A stretch of DNA of 39,688 nucleotides from a virus, in IMG/VR virus record IMGVR_UViG_3300012933_000034, positions 1 through 39,688 of that record, one strand, 5' to 3'. Position 1 is the first letter of the stretch. Every line of letters begins with the position of its first letter. The notes beneath the pieces are model-generated. The model saw only the letters and a program-made list of their open reading frames with translations. It was not told where the DNA came from and ran no database searches. This document shows, piece by piece, positions 1-7,052 of the stretch. The position numbers and the translations under genes are program-made.

Positions 1-1137
1 TCTGATGTTGCGCGTGGCGCTGTGGCTGGTATTTCTGAAGAAGAAAAGACCAAACTTGCCGAAAGAATGCGTAACTTCAAGGCTAATCAAAAGCAAGCCA
101 TTACCAACAATTTTGAACGTATGACTCAAGAAGTTGGTGCTGAAGTTGCCGACCCTACTCAGGCTCGTCAAGTTGGTCGTGTTGTGGATAAAGCCTTGAA
201 TGATGCTTACACCAAGAAATACGACAACTACAAAGCACTTTACAAGCAAGCAGACGAATCAGGTGAGACATTGCAGCCTGTGTCTTATCAGCCGTTGTTA
301 GATGTGATCAACAGCAAAACGCCAACAATGCGTCAGAAACTAGACCCAATTCTAGATTCTGTGGCTGAATCGTTGGCTATGAACGACCCTGAAAAAACAG
401 GGAACATTACTGTTCGTGCTTTGGAAGACATCTACCAACAGATTAACAAAGTCAAAGAATCTCCTAATGCAAGTGAATTGAAAAAGATCATCACGAACAT
501 TGGTGAAGGCGCTGGTGGTGAACTTTATCAAGCCGCTCGTTCTGCTAGAGCGCAATTGGCTAAAGAGTTTGAAGATGTGTCTCGCGTTGACAAGTTGCTA
601 GGCACTAAGGCTGGCTACAAAGACCGCCGAGTTGCTTTGGATGATGTGTTTAAACACGTTGTTTTGGATGGCTCGTTGGAAGAAATGAGAACCGTTACTC
701 AATTGCTGAAAAAGGCTGGACCAGAAGGTCAAAAAGCCTATGCAGAATTGCAAGGTCAGACCATTCAGCACATGAAAGAATTGCTAACAAAAGGCGATCA
801 GTTGTCTTTTAGAAATCTAAACACATTGGTCACCCAATTGGATTCTGAAGATAAATTGGCGTATATGTTTGGCAAAACAGGTCGTGATCAAATCTTGGAT
901 TTGCGTGATGCAATCAAAGATGTGGTGGTCAAAGAGCCTGGCGCGGTGAACTATCCAAACACCGCTGGCGCTGTGCTTCGTGGCTTGGAAACCTTAGAAT
1001 CTATGCGTATTCCAGGCGCTAGTGGTGCTGCTCAATTTGCTAGAACAAAACAAGTTAAAGGCAGAGTTGAGGAAGCATTAAAGCAACCCAACAAATTGGC
1101 TCCTGCTTCATCATCCGTCAATTCTCTTGCCCCATAA
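1..1137 (+). CDS. Ejection/internal virion protein, C-terminal 378 codons (5'-truncated by the window edge; copy of 36223..37359)
   Basis: Frame 1 is open from base 1 to the TAA at 1135-1137. The translation is identical to the C-terminus of the 618-aa ORF 35503..37359. Confidence 0.85.
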   Translation, partial: SDVARGAVAGISEEEKTKLAERMRNFKANQKQAITNNFERMTQEVGAEVADPTQARQVGRVVDKALNDAYTKKYDNYKALYKQADESGETLQPVSYQPLLDVINSKTPTMRQKLDPILDSVAESLAMNDPEKTGNITVRALEDIYQQINKVKESPNASELKKIITNIGEGAGGELYQAARSARAQLAKEFEDVSRVDKLLGTKAGYKDRRVALDDVFKHVVLDGSLEEMRTVTQLLKKAGPEGQKAYAELQGQTIQHMKELLTKGDQLSFRNLNTLVTQLDSEDKLAYMFGKTGRDQILDLRDAIKDVVVKEPGAVNYPNTAGAVLRGLETLESMRIPGASGAAQFARTKQVKGRVEEALKQPNKLAPASSSVNSLAP

Positions 1138-1154
1138 TGTCTCAAGGATAAAAA

Positions 1155-1907
1155 ATGGCATCACTATCACCCCCACCAAAGCTACAGTTCTTCGGAACTG
1201 ATGGTTTGCCTCTTGTTGGTGGCAAGCTGTATACCTATGCGGCTGGCACTACAACGCCATTGGCTACATATGTTGACCATACTGGCACAACAACTAACAC
1301 CAATCCAGTTATTTTGGATTCCAACGGTGAGGCTGATGTTTGGTTGCCCGACACCACTAGCTACAAGTATGTCTTAAAGACATCTGCTGATGTGTTGCTT
1401 TACACGGTTGATTACATTGCAGTACCCGTAACAACCAACTCTTTTGCTTCGCCACCACCAATTGGTAGCGATGTGCCTAATTCTGGCACGTTTACCACAC
1501 TAAACGTCACAGATGCCGCTATCTTTGAAGACACAGCCAACTTCACCGAAGATGTGGAGTTTGATGCTGACGTAACGATTTCAGGCCGCTTGTCTCTCAC
1601 AGGTACAGGCGCTGCAAAGCTCAACGTAGGCACGACAGCCGAACGCCCTGCTTCACCCGTCAACGGTGACATTCGCTACAACAGCTCCACATCCAAGTAC
1701 GAAGGATACAGCGGTAGTTCGTGGGGTCAGTTGGGCGGCGGTGCTACTGGCGGCGGTGCTGACCAAATCTTCAACTTAAACGGTCAAACAGTCACAACCG
1801 ACTACACTATCCCAACAGGCTTTAACGCCAGCACCGTTGGCCCTATCACCATTGCCTCTGGCATCACGGTTACTGTTCCTGATAGCAGCAACTGGGTCAT
1901 CCTCTAA
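1155..1907 (+). CDS. Short tail fibre protein (250 aa)
   Basis: ATG preceded by an AAGGA RBS. The N-terminus (LQFFGTDGLPLVGGKLYTYAAGTTTPLATYVD...NPVILDSNGEADVWL) is a motif I recognise from the anchor domains of podovirus fibres and tailspikes. The protein is Gly/Thr/Ser-rich. The motifs PPPIGSDVPNSGTFTTL and C-terminal GPITIASGITVTVPDSSNWVIL are shared with the 749-aa fibre. Confidence 0.7.
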   Translation: MASLSPPPKLQFFGTDGLPLVGGKLYTYAAGTTTPLATYVDHTGTTTNTNPVILDSNGEADVWLPDTTSYKYVLKTSADVLLYTVDYIAVPVTTNSFASPPPIGSDVPNSGTFTTLNVTDAAIFEDTANFTEDVEFDADVTISGRLSLTGTGAAKLNVGTTAERPASPVNGDIRYNSSTSKYEGYSGSSWGQLGGGATGGGADQIFNLNGQTVTTDYTIPTGFNASTVGPITIASGITVTVPDSSNWVIL

Positions 1908-1916
1908 GGAGTAAAT

Positions 1917-2513
1917 ATGAGTTCTGTTGTTCTTACTGGCGACACATCTGGGGCGGGGACTATCACCGTTCCTGCGGTCGCTGGCACATTCACTGCCACC
2001 ATTGGTTCTGCCACTGGTACTCACTACCCGTTTACTGCTGGCACAGCGGTAGCCTCTACTTCTGGCACTTCAATTGATTTCACTTCAATTCCGTCTTGGG
2101 TAAAGCGTATCACCGTGATGTTTATGGGCGTGTCTACTAGCGGAACATCTCAACTTTTAGTTCGTCTTGGTGATTCAGGCGGTATTGAAACAAGTGGGTA
2201 TGTTGGTACAACAACTCAAATGGCAGATGCAAGTACATCAGCGAACTATTCACACGCTAGTAACAATGGTATTGTTACCGATGGTGGAACTAACGCCGCA
2301 GCTATTAGGTACGGTGCGATTACACTTTCTTTAGCTAATGCTTCAACATATACATGGGTAAGTTCAGGAACAATTGCTCGTTCTGATGCCACCACTTGTT
2401 CTTTTATTGGTGGTTCAAAAGCACTATCTGACACACTCACTCAAGTACGCATCACCGCAGTGAACGGCACAGACACCTTCGACGCTGGTTCTATCAACAT
2501 CTTGTACGAATAA
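1917..2513 (+). CDS. Tandem paralog 1 of 3 (198 aa); putative fibre-tip/receptor-binding protein, family not recognised
   Basis: AAGGAG RBS. Shares TAVASTSGTSIDFTSIPSWVKRITVMF.GVS and the C-terminal RITAVNGTDTFDAGSINILYE with 2709..3293 and 3297..3827. Confidence 0.7.
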   Translation: MSSVVLTGDTSGAGTITVPAVAGTFTATIGSATGTHYPFTAGTAVASTSGTSIDFTSIPSWVKRITVMFMGVSTSGTSQLLVRLGDSGGIETSGYVGTTTQMADASTSANYSHASNNGIVTDGGTNAAAIRYGAITLSLANASTYTWVSSGTIARSDATTCSFIGGSKALSDTLTQVRITAVNGTDTFDAGSINILYE

Positions 2514-2523
2514 AGGAAATATC

Positions 2524-2709
2524 ATGAAACGCATTGAAGTAAACATCGCAACTGGCGAAACAACTGAAGTTGAACTCAGCGCTGAAGAGCAAGCGCAAGC
2601 TCAAGCACAATACGCTGCTTGGGAAATTGAAGAAGCCGCTCGTCTGGTTGCTGTGGCGGCTGAAGAAGCCCGTCAAGCTAAATTTCAAGAGTGGTTGGAG
2701 ACTCAATAA
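2524..2709 (+). CDS. Hypothetical 61-aa Ala/Glu/Gln-rich helical protein (possible fibre assembly factor)
   Basis: AAGGAAATATC-ATG start context, identical to that of gene 34043. The stop overlaps the next start (TAATG). Predicted helical (AEEQAQAQAQYAAWEIEEAARLVAVAAEEARQ). Confidence 0.55.
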   Translation: MKRIEVNIATGETTEVELSAEEQAQAQAQYAAWEIEEAARLVAVAAEEARQAKFQEWLETQ

Positions 2710-3293
2710 TGTCCAGCATCATCAACGCATCAACATCGTCTGGGTTAATCCAGACTGCTGACACCAGTGGAACGCTGGAGTTACAAAGCGGTGGCACGAC
2801 TAAATTTACTGTTAGCTCTACAGGCGCTTATGGTCAAGTCGTGTCTAGCACTGCTGTTGCTTCAACTAGCGGCACAAGCATTGATTTCACCAGCATCCCA
2901 TCATGGGCAAAAAGAATTACTGTGATTTTTAACGGTGTTTCTTTAAACAGCACCAGCAACTTTCTTATCCAACTTGGCGCTGGGTCTGTTACAACGTCTG
3001 GTTATTCGTCTTCTGGCTACGCGTATGGCGGCGCAGCAACATCAACAGCTGGCACAGTAATTATTAGTGGAGCAGCTTCTCGTTTAACAACCGCTAATAC
3101 TGTAATTTGCCTTATTTCTAGCAACACTTGGGTAACTTCTTCTGTCTATGCGGGTGACCCCTCAGCTTCTGGTGGCGGCGTAAGTACAGGAACAATTACT
3201 CTTGGCGGTACTTTAGACCGTGTGCGTATCACAACCGTGAGTGGCACAGACACATTCGATGCAGGCAGCATCAACATCATGTACGAGGGCTAA
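2709..3293 (+). CDS. Tandem paralog 2 of 3 (194 aa from the ATG at 2709)
   Basis: The ATG at 2709 overlaps the upstream TAA. The tracked start at 2691 is an upstream extension. Conserved core TAVASTSGTSIDFTSIPSWAKRITVIFNGVS and C-terminus RVRITTVSGTDTFDAGSINIMYEG. The N-terminus (SGLIQTADTSGTLELQSGGTT) is fibre-like. Confidence 0.7.
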   Translation: MSSIINASTSSGLIQTADTSGTLELQSGGTTKFTVSSTGAYGQVVSSTAVASTSGTSIDFTSIPSWAKRITVIFNGVSLNSTSNFLIQLGAGSVTTSGYSSSGYAYGGAATSTAGTVIISGAASRLTTANTVICLISSNTWVTSSVYAGDPSASGGGVSTGTITLGGTLDRVRITTVSGTDTFDAGSINIMYEG

Positions 3294-3296
3294 ACC

Positions 3297-3827
3297 ATGT
3301 CAGTTGTAATCAACGGCTCCGCAGGGGTCACAACAAACTCAGGTGCTGTGTATAACGGCATCGCTTCTGGCACAGCCGTAGCAAGCACATCTGGCACAAG
3401 CATTGACTTTACGTCTATCCCTTCTTGGGTGAAGCGTATTACTGTGATGTTTAACGGTGTGTCTACAAACGGTAGCAGCCCTGTTAATGTGCAATTGGGT
3501 GATTCAGGGGGTGTTGAAACAACATCTTACACAGGCAGAAGTGCCTTTTTAAATAGCGGCTCTGGTGGCGATGCTGCTAACAGCACTGGTTTTCAAATTT
3601 ATGGCTCTGGTGGTGCATCAAATACAAACAATGGCTCAATGATTATTTCACTTGTTGGGTCAAATATTTGGGTAATGCAAGGTGTTATCTCTGGTTCTAG
3701 CACATCCGTTTGTTGTTTTGTTTCAGGCGCTAAAACCCTATCAGACACTCTTGACCGCGTTCGCATTACAACGGTTGGCGGCACAGACACCTTTGACGCT
3801 GGTTCAATTAACATTCTTTACGAGTAA
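3297..3827 (+). CDS. Tandem paralog 3 of 3 (176 aa)
   Basis: Same conserved N-core and C-terminal RVRITTVGGTDTFDAGSINILYE. The central ~60 aa are unrelated to the other two paralogs. Confidence 0.7.
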   Translation: MSVVINGSAGVTTNSGAVYNGIASGTAVASTSGTSIDFTSIPSWVKRITVMFNGVSTNGSSPVNVQLGDSGGVETTSYTGRSAFLNSGSGGDAANSTGFQIYGSGGASNTNNGSMIISLVGSNIWVMQGVISGSSTSVCCFVSGAKTLSDTLDRVRITTVGGTDTFDAGSINILYE

Positions 3828-3831
3828 TCCG

Positions 3832-4035
3832 ATGGCGACCATTGACGCAACAGAGGCACGCCTAAGCACACACGAAGAGGTGTGCGCTATGCGGTACGAG
3901 AAGATCAACGAATCGCTGGCGCATGGCGAGAAACGCATGACCAAGATAGAGTACTTGTTGTACGCGCTCATGGCTGCTGTCTTGCTCGGCCCAGGTGTTG
4001 CCGCAGAGTTTTTTAAAAAATTGATCGGTCTGTGA
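3832..4035 (+). CDS. Small tail-anchored membrane protein (67 aa)
   Basis: The ATG at 3832 lies 4 nt after the paralog 3 stop. C-terminal hydrophobic helix YLLYALMAAVLLGPGVAAEFF. First gene of the membrane/lysis block. Confidence 0.5.
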   Translation: MATIDATEARLSTHEEVCAMRYEKINESLAHGEKRMTKIEYLLYALMAAVLLGPGVAAEFFKKLIGL

Positions 4036-4036
4036 T

Positions 4037-4777
4037 GTGGACCCAATCTCTCTTTTACTTATGGCGCAAAGCGCAGTTGGGGCTATACGCGCTGGCTGTC
4101 AAATGCTCTCAGAAGGTAAGGCAGAGATTGGCAAGTTCAAAAAGCAAGTCGAAGGTGGAATTGCCGATGCAAAAGCCATCTACGCAGAAGTCACAGGAAT
4201 CTGGGGCTGGATTACTGGACTTTTTCGAGGCACAAGACCGACTAAATCTGTACCTGAAAAACAAATCATTGCCACCAATCAACCGTCACAAGAGGCAAAG
4301 CCTGTGGCGAAAAAGGCAAGCCCTGAAGTTGAACTAAGCTACGAGGAGTTTCAAGCAAGAGCAGTCCATGAGATTTGTGAAAACTTGAAAATTTACTTTG
4401 AAGCTATGCGACAACTAAAAGCGCATTGTCGAGAACTAGAAGAAGAAGCGCTCACAACAGAGCGGGTTGCCGATAGTGCGATTGATAGGATTGAAATGGA
4501 ATGGCAAATGAATCAGCTTTCTGCCCAACTGAAACAATCCATGATTTACGGAACGCCTGAATCTTTAGGTTTGGGTGCTTTGTACCAAGAATTCTTGCGT
4601 AAATACGATGAGATTCTTGAAGAACAAGAAGTTGCTAGAGCGTTAAAAGCAAAGAAACAACGGGATAACGCATGGCGACACGAACACCGAAACCAAATCC
4701 TAATCGCCAAGGTGACCTACGCAATAGCGACAGGGGTGGGCTTTCTGGAACTGATTGGACTGTATTTCACTCTATGA
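4037..4777 (+). CDS. Hypothetical 246-aa protein with a hydrophobic N-terminus, coiled-coil centre and C-terminal TM anchor
   Basis: Long ORF with a GTG start at 4037 (alternative ATG at 4061). C-terminal TM ILIAKVTYAIATGVGFLELIGLYFTL. The stop overlaps the next start (ATGA). The alternative frame 4032..4337 is basic and low-complexity. Confidence 0.6.
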   Translation: MDPISLLLMAQSAVGAIRAGCQMLSEGKAEIGKFKKQVEGGIADAKAIYAEVTGIWGWITGLFRGTRPTKSVPEKQIIATNQPSQEAKPVAKKASPEVELSYEEFQARAVHEICENLKIYFEAMRQLKAHCRELEEEALTTERVADSAIDRIEMEWQMNQLSAQLKQSMIYGTPESLGLGALYQEFLRKYDEILEEQEVARALKAKKQRDNAWRHEHRNQILIAKVTYAIATGVGFLELIGLYFTL

Positions 4778-4947
4778 GGGAATTCTGGTTCTGGGTAGCA
4801 ATCGTCACGCTAATCATCTTTTGCTTGATGGGGCTTTCTTTTGCCATAATTCATGTAAACAAACAGATCACCAAGGCTGAAGCGTTGTTAGTCAGGATTG
4901 AGGAAAAAGAACGCAAGGCAAAACTTTTTAAAGAAAAGGAAGAATGA
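4774..4947 (+). CDS. Small N-terminal-TM protein (57 aa), holin/antiholin-class candidate
   Basis: ATGA coupling at both ends. TM FWFWVAIVTLIIFCLMGLSFAII followed by a Lys/Glu-rich tail. Confidence 0.5.
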   Translation: MREFWFWVAIVTLIIFCLMGLSFAIIHVNKQITKAEALLVRIEEKERKAKLFKEKEE

Positions 4948-5198
4948 TGGATGAAAGCCATAAACAAAAGTGGACCTATCTAATGGGTCTGACCTACATG
5001 ATCGTGAACATTGCTGATTTTGTTGCGTTCCCCATCATGTTTACGATTGTCCAATTCTGGGAAGAACAAGCCGCTAATGATGCGTTTCGCCAATGGGTTC
5101 CTCTCACGCTAACAAACGGTGGTTTTATCCACATTGCGTTTGCCGCCATTTTGGGCATTTCTGCTTTTAACAAAGAAGAGAAAAAGCCTGATGCGTAA
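4944..5198 (+). CDS. Putative holin (84 aa, 2 TM segments, charged C-terminus)
   Basis: Two hydrophobic segments (LMGLTYMIVNIADFVAFPIMFTIVQF and GGFIHIAFAAILGISAF) and the tail NKEEKKPDA. Lies immediately upstream of Rz/Rz1 and the endolysin. Confidence 0.55.
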   Translation: MMDESHKQKWTYLMGLTYMIVNIADFVAFPIMFTIVQFWEEQAANDAFRQWVPLTLTNGGFIHIAFAAILGISAFNKEEKKPDA

Positions 5199-5577
5199 CA
5201 TCGTTGCTTTTGTTGTAGTGCTGGTTGGTGTGTTCTATGCAGGACACCATCAAGCCTATCTTGAACAGCAAGAGGAAATAAACCGCATTGTTGCTGAACG
5301 CGCTATTGAGGCGGCAAAGGCTGCTGACGAACTTCACAAGGACAAAGAAAATGCTCAACAAAAGATTAACCAGCTTCGCGCTGATGTTGCTGCTGGCGCT
5401 GTCAGGTTGTCAATCCGTTCCAGTTGCTCTGCCACCACTGCCGCAGGAGATGCAGAAGCGCGAACCGAACTTGACCCAAAGACTGCTGACGACCTTATCG
5501 CCATCACAGCAGACGGTGACCAAGCCATAATTGAATTGAATTCTTGCATTGACCTTTACAACAAGTTTACAAAATGA
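5191..5577 (+). CDS. Rz: i-spanin (Rz-like, 128 aa)
   Basis: N-terminal TM NIVAFVVVLVGVFYAG, a coiled coil, and the Rz signature LRADVAAGAVRLSI...ATTAAGD...ELDPKTADDL, as in lambda Rz. Start chosen at the ATG at 5191. Confidence 0.8.
   Translation: MRNIVAFVVVLVGVFYAGHHQAYLEQQEEINRIVAERAIEAAKAADELHKDKENAQQKINQLRADVAAGAVRLSIRSSCSATTAAGDAEARTELDPKTADDLIAITADGDQAIIELNSCIDLYNKFTK
5351..5530 (+). CDS. Rz1: o-spanin (Rz1-like lipoprotein, 59 aa) embedded in the +1 frame of Rz
   Basis: MLNKRLTSFALMLLLALSGC has a signal peptide with lipobox LSGC. The mature part is Pro-rich (VPVALPPLPQ). The ORF lies wholly inside 5191..5577 in another frame, which is the classical embedded architecture. Confidence 0.75.
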   Translation: MLNKRLTSFALMLLLALSGCQSVPVALPPLPQEMQKREPNLTQRLLTTLSPSQQTVTKP

Positions 5578-6026
5578 ACCTTTCAGAACACTTTACCCTT
5601 GAAGAAGCCACCTTTAGCGAAACCGCTGCACGTCTAGGTGTGAGTAATCAGCCGAGCACGCTACAGTTGGAAAACATGAAACACGCGGCGCAACAACTCG
5701 AAAAAGTTCGTGAGCTTACTGGCCCTTTAAAGGTCAACTCTTGGTTGCGCTTACCGGCAGTTAACGCTGCTGTGCCAGGTAGCAGTGGCAAATCTAGCCA
5801 CATGGATGGATGGGCGATTGACGTAAAGAGTTCTACCTATACGCCGATCGAACTATGCCATATTGTCATGAAGTCCGGCATCAAGTTTGACCAGATCATC
5901 CATGAGTTTGGCGCATGGATGCACATTTCGTTTGCGCCGGAAATGCGTCAGCAAACACTGACGACATTTGCGCCGGAAAAGAAATACAAGCCTGGCATCC
6001 TGACAGAAGCCGAATACCACGCTTAA
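5574..6026 (+). CDS. Endolysin, peptidase M15 (VanY / L-alanyl-D-glutamate peptidase type)
   Basis: FTLEEATFSETAARLGVSNQP, the SSHMDGWAIDV motif (SxHxxGxAxD) and the distal WMHISF histidine. ATGA coupling to Rz. Confidence 0.85.
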   Translation: MNLSEHFTLEEATFSETAARLGVSNQPSTLQLENMKHAAQQLEKVRELTGPLKVNSWLRLPAVNAAVPGSSGKSSHMDGWAIDVKSSTYTPIELCHIVMKSGIKFDQIIHEFGAWMHISFAPEMRQQTLTTFAPEKKYKPGILTEAEYHA

Positions 6027-6127
6027 TTGTCAAGCGCAACGATCAATGCGGCGACAAGCGCAAACACTCCAACAAAGAGTATTGCGCCGCCCAACAGGAT
6101 GGCTGAAAGAACGGCAATATTATCCAT
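6023..6127 (-). CDS. Possible 34-aa hydrophobic peptide (MDNIAVLSAILLGGAILFVGVFALVAALIVALDN)
   Basis: Below the ORF-track length cut-off and found by hand. Its ATG overlaps the stop of 6120..6320 by 8 nt. Its stop overlaps the endolysin stop on the opposite strand. It forms a single TM helix. Confidence 0.35.
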   Translation of the reverse strand: MDNIAVLSAILLGGAILFVGVFALVAALIVALDN

Positions 6128-6320
6128 GTCGATGCTCCTTTGCTTCGCCTAGAGTTTGGAAGTATTCGTCACACACCTTGCAATGCCAAAGCCTTTGTTC
6201 TTTGACTCTTGCAAGGCGTTCTTGACGACCCATCCATGCTTCAGTTAGCCGTGAATCGCCCCGATAGCTGGTCACGCATTCGATGTGATGTGGCAATTTT
6301 CTTTCGATTGAGTTCATCAT
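6120..6320 (-). CDS. Hypothetical 66-aa protein with a C-terminal C2H2-like motif
   Basis: WHCKVCDEYFQTLGEAKEHRH (C-x2-C-x12-H-x-H). Sits in the leftward operon. Confidence 0.5.
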   Translation of the reverse strand: MMNSIERKLPHHIECVTSYRGDSRLTEAWMGRQERLARVKEQRLWHCKVCDEYFQTLGEAKEHRHG

Positions 6321-6391
6321 GGGTTTCTAAAAAGTAATCTAGACTTGTTTTTTCAAAGTCTATACGAACCGTCTTTAGACCCACAACACGA

Positions 6392-6568
6392 CTAGGTTTT
6401 TTTTCCTGTGTCTCCCACTTGGGCCACGGTGCGTTCGGTGCTAGTACGGTCTTGAATACGGTTGAATTCTTCATCTTCTTCTTTTGTCCATTGAATGTTG
6501 TCATAGCCAGTTGACCATTTCTTGTGGTCTGTTGGTCGTTGTTTGTCGCCTTTGCCGCCATCGTTCAT
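6392..6568 (-). CDS. Hypothetical 58-aa protein
   Basis: The ATG at 6568 is coupled (ATGA) to the upstream gene. MNDGGKGDKQRPTDHKKWSTGYDNIQW resembles a small KGDxxRP...YDxI.W phage protein motif I have seen repeatedly. Confidence 0.5.
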   Translation of the reverse strand: MNDGGKGDKQRPTDHKKWSTGYDNIQWTKEEDEEFNRIQDRTSTERTVAQVGDTGKKT

Positions 6569-6765
6569 TTGCGTGCCTCCAACATTGCGTCTGCCCATTT
6601 GTAAGCACGAATAGCACCTTCTTTATAGTCGCACACTCCAACAAACTCTTGCATCGCCTTGGAAGCAAAGTAATCGCGCAACGACATATCTGACGCTTTT
6701 GGATTTCTACGAGCTTCATCTATATTTGCACGTCTTTGTGCTGCTTCAAAACTTGTAAAACTCAT
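6565..6765 (-). CDS. Hypothetical 66-aa protein
   Basis: ATGA-coupled at both ends. SLRDYFASKAMQ...AYKWADAMLEARK resembles a common small phage protein family. Confidence 0.6.
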   Translation of the reverse strand: MSFTSFEAAQRRANIDEARRNPKASDMSLRDYFASKAMQEFVGVCDYKEGAIRAYKWADAMLEARK

Positions 6766-7010
6766 TTAACCCCCTTTGGCATCCCTGCCTTTGAATAAAC
6801 AAAAAAGTCTGTGCGTTCAATTGACACGCGCTTAGTCTTTGGAAAGTCGCTCAAGGCGCTTGTTTTGGTTCTGCCATCGCTTTCGCGTGTGGCTCTTGCC
6901 TGTGTGCCAAATTTCATGCCGTTTGCCTTGGCATCCGCTTCTTTTCGGATTGTGCTTAAAAACTCAGGCATATAAGTTTCAACGTAAGCAGGGTGGAACG
7001 CGTTAATCAT
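6762..7010 (-). CDS. Hypothetical 82-aa protein
   Basis: ORF in the operon frame. The tracked start at 7013 is TTG; the ATG at 7010 is preferred. Confidence 0.55.
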   Translation of the reverse strand: MINAFHPAYVETYMPEFLSTIRKEADAKANGMKFGTQARATRESDGRTKTSALSDFPKTKRVSIERTDFFVYSKAGMPKGVK

Positions 7011-7052
7011 CAATCATCCAATCAATTAAAAGTGCAAAAAGCAAAAACGTAA

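Larger units (their letters stand above)
1..3466. repeat. Left copy of the 3,466-bp terminal direct repeat (partner 36223..39688)
   Basis: All ORFs in 1..3466 recur at +36222 with identical translations. Nucleotide lines checked at both repeat ends match. The repeat truncates genes at both window edges. Confidence 0.95.

Noticed and set aside
1917-3827. A diversity-generating retroelement (template/variable repeat) as the explanation for the paralogs, as in BPP-1-like podoviruses
   Set aside because: No reverse transcriptase ORF exists anywhere in the genome. Differences between copies involve all four bases and many synonymous codon swaps, not adenine-specific substitutions. The variable parts are unalignable rather than point-mutated.
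4032-4337. A 101-aa alternative frame at the start of the 246-aa gene
   Set aside because: Its translation is a highly basic Lys/Arg/Ser/Gln string. The overlapping 246-aa frame is much longer, has TM and coiled-coil features, and is coupled to the next gene.
5119-5190. N-terminal extensions of tracked ORFs (Rz from 5119, exonuclease from 8933, mazG from 11216, the GroES-like gene from 18918, and others)
   Set aside because: The extensions overlap upstream genes extensively and encode non-homologous junk. Internal ATGs with RBS or ATGA/TAATG coupling give products that begin where the family homology begins.
6241-6561. A 106-aa minus-strand ORF
   Set aside because: It overlaps both 6120..6320 and 6392..6568 in other frames. 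Those two have coupled starts and stops and recognisable motifs, whereas this one has neither.
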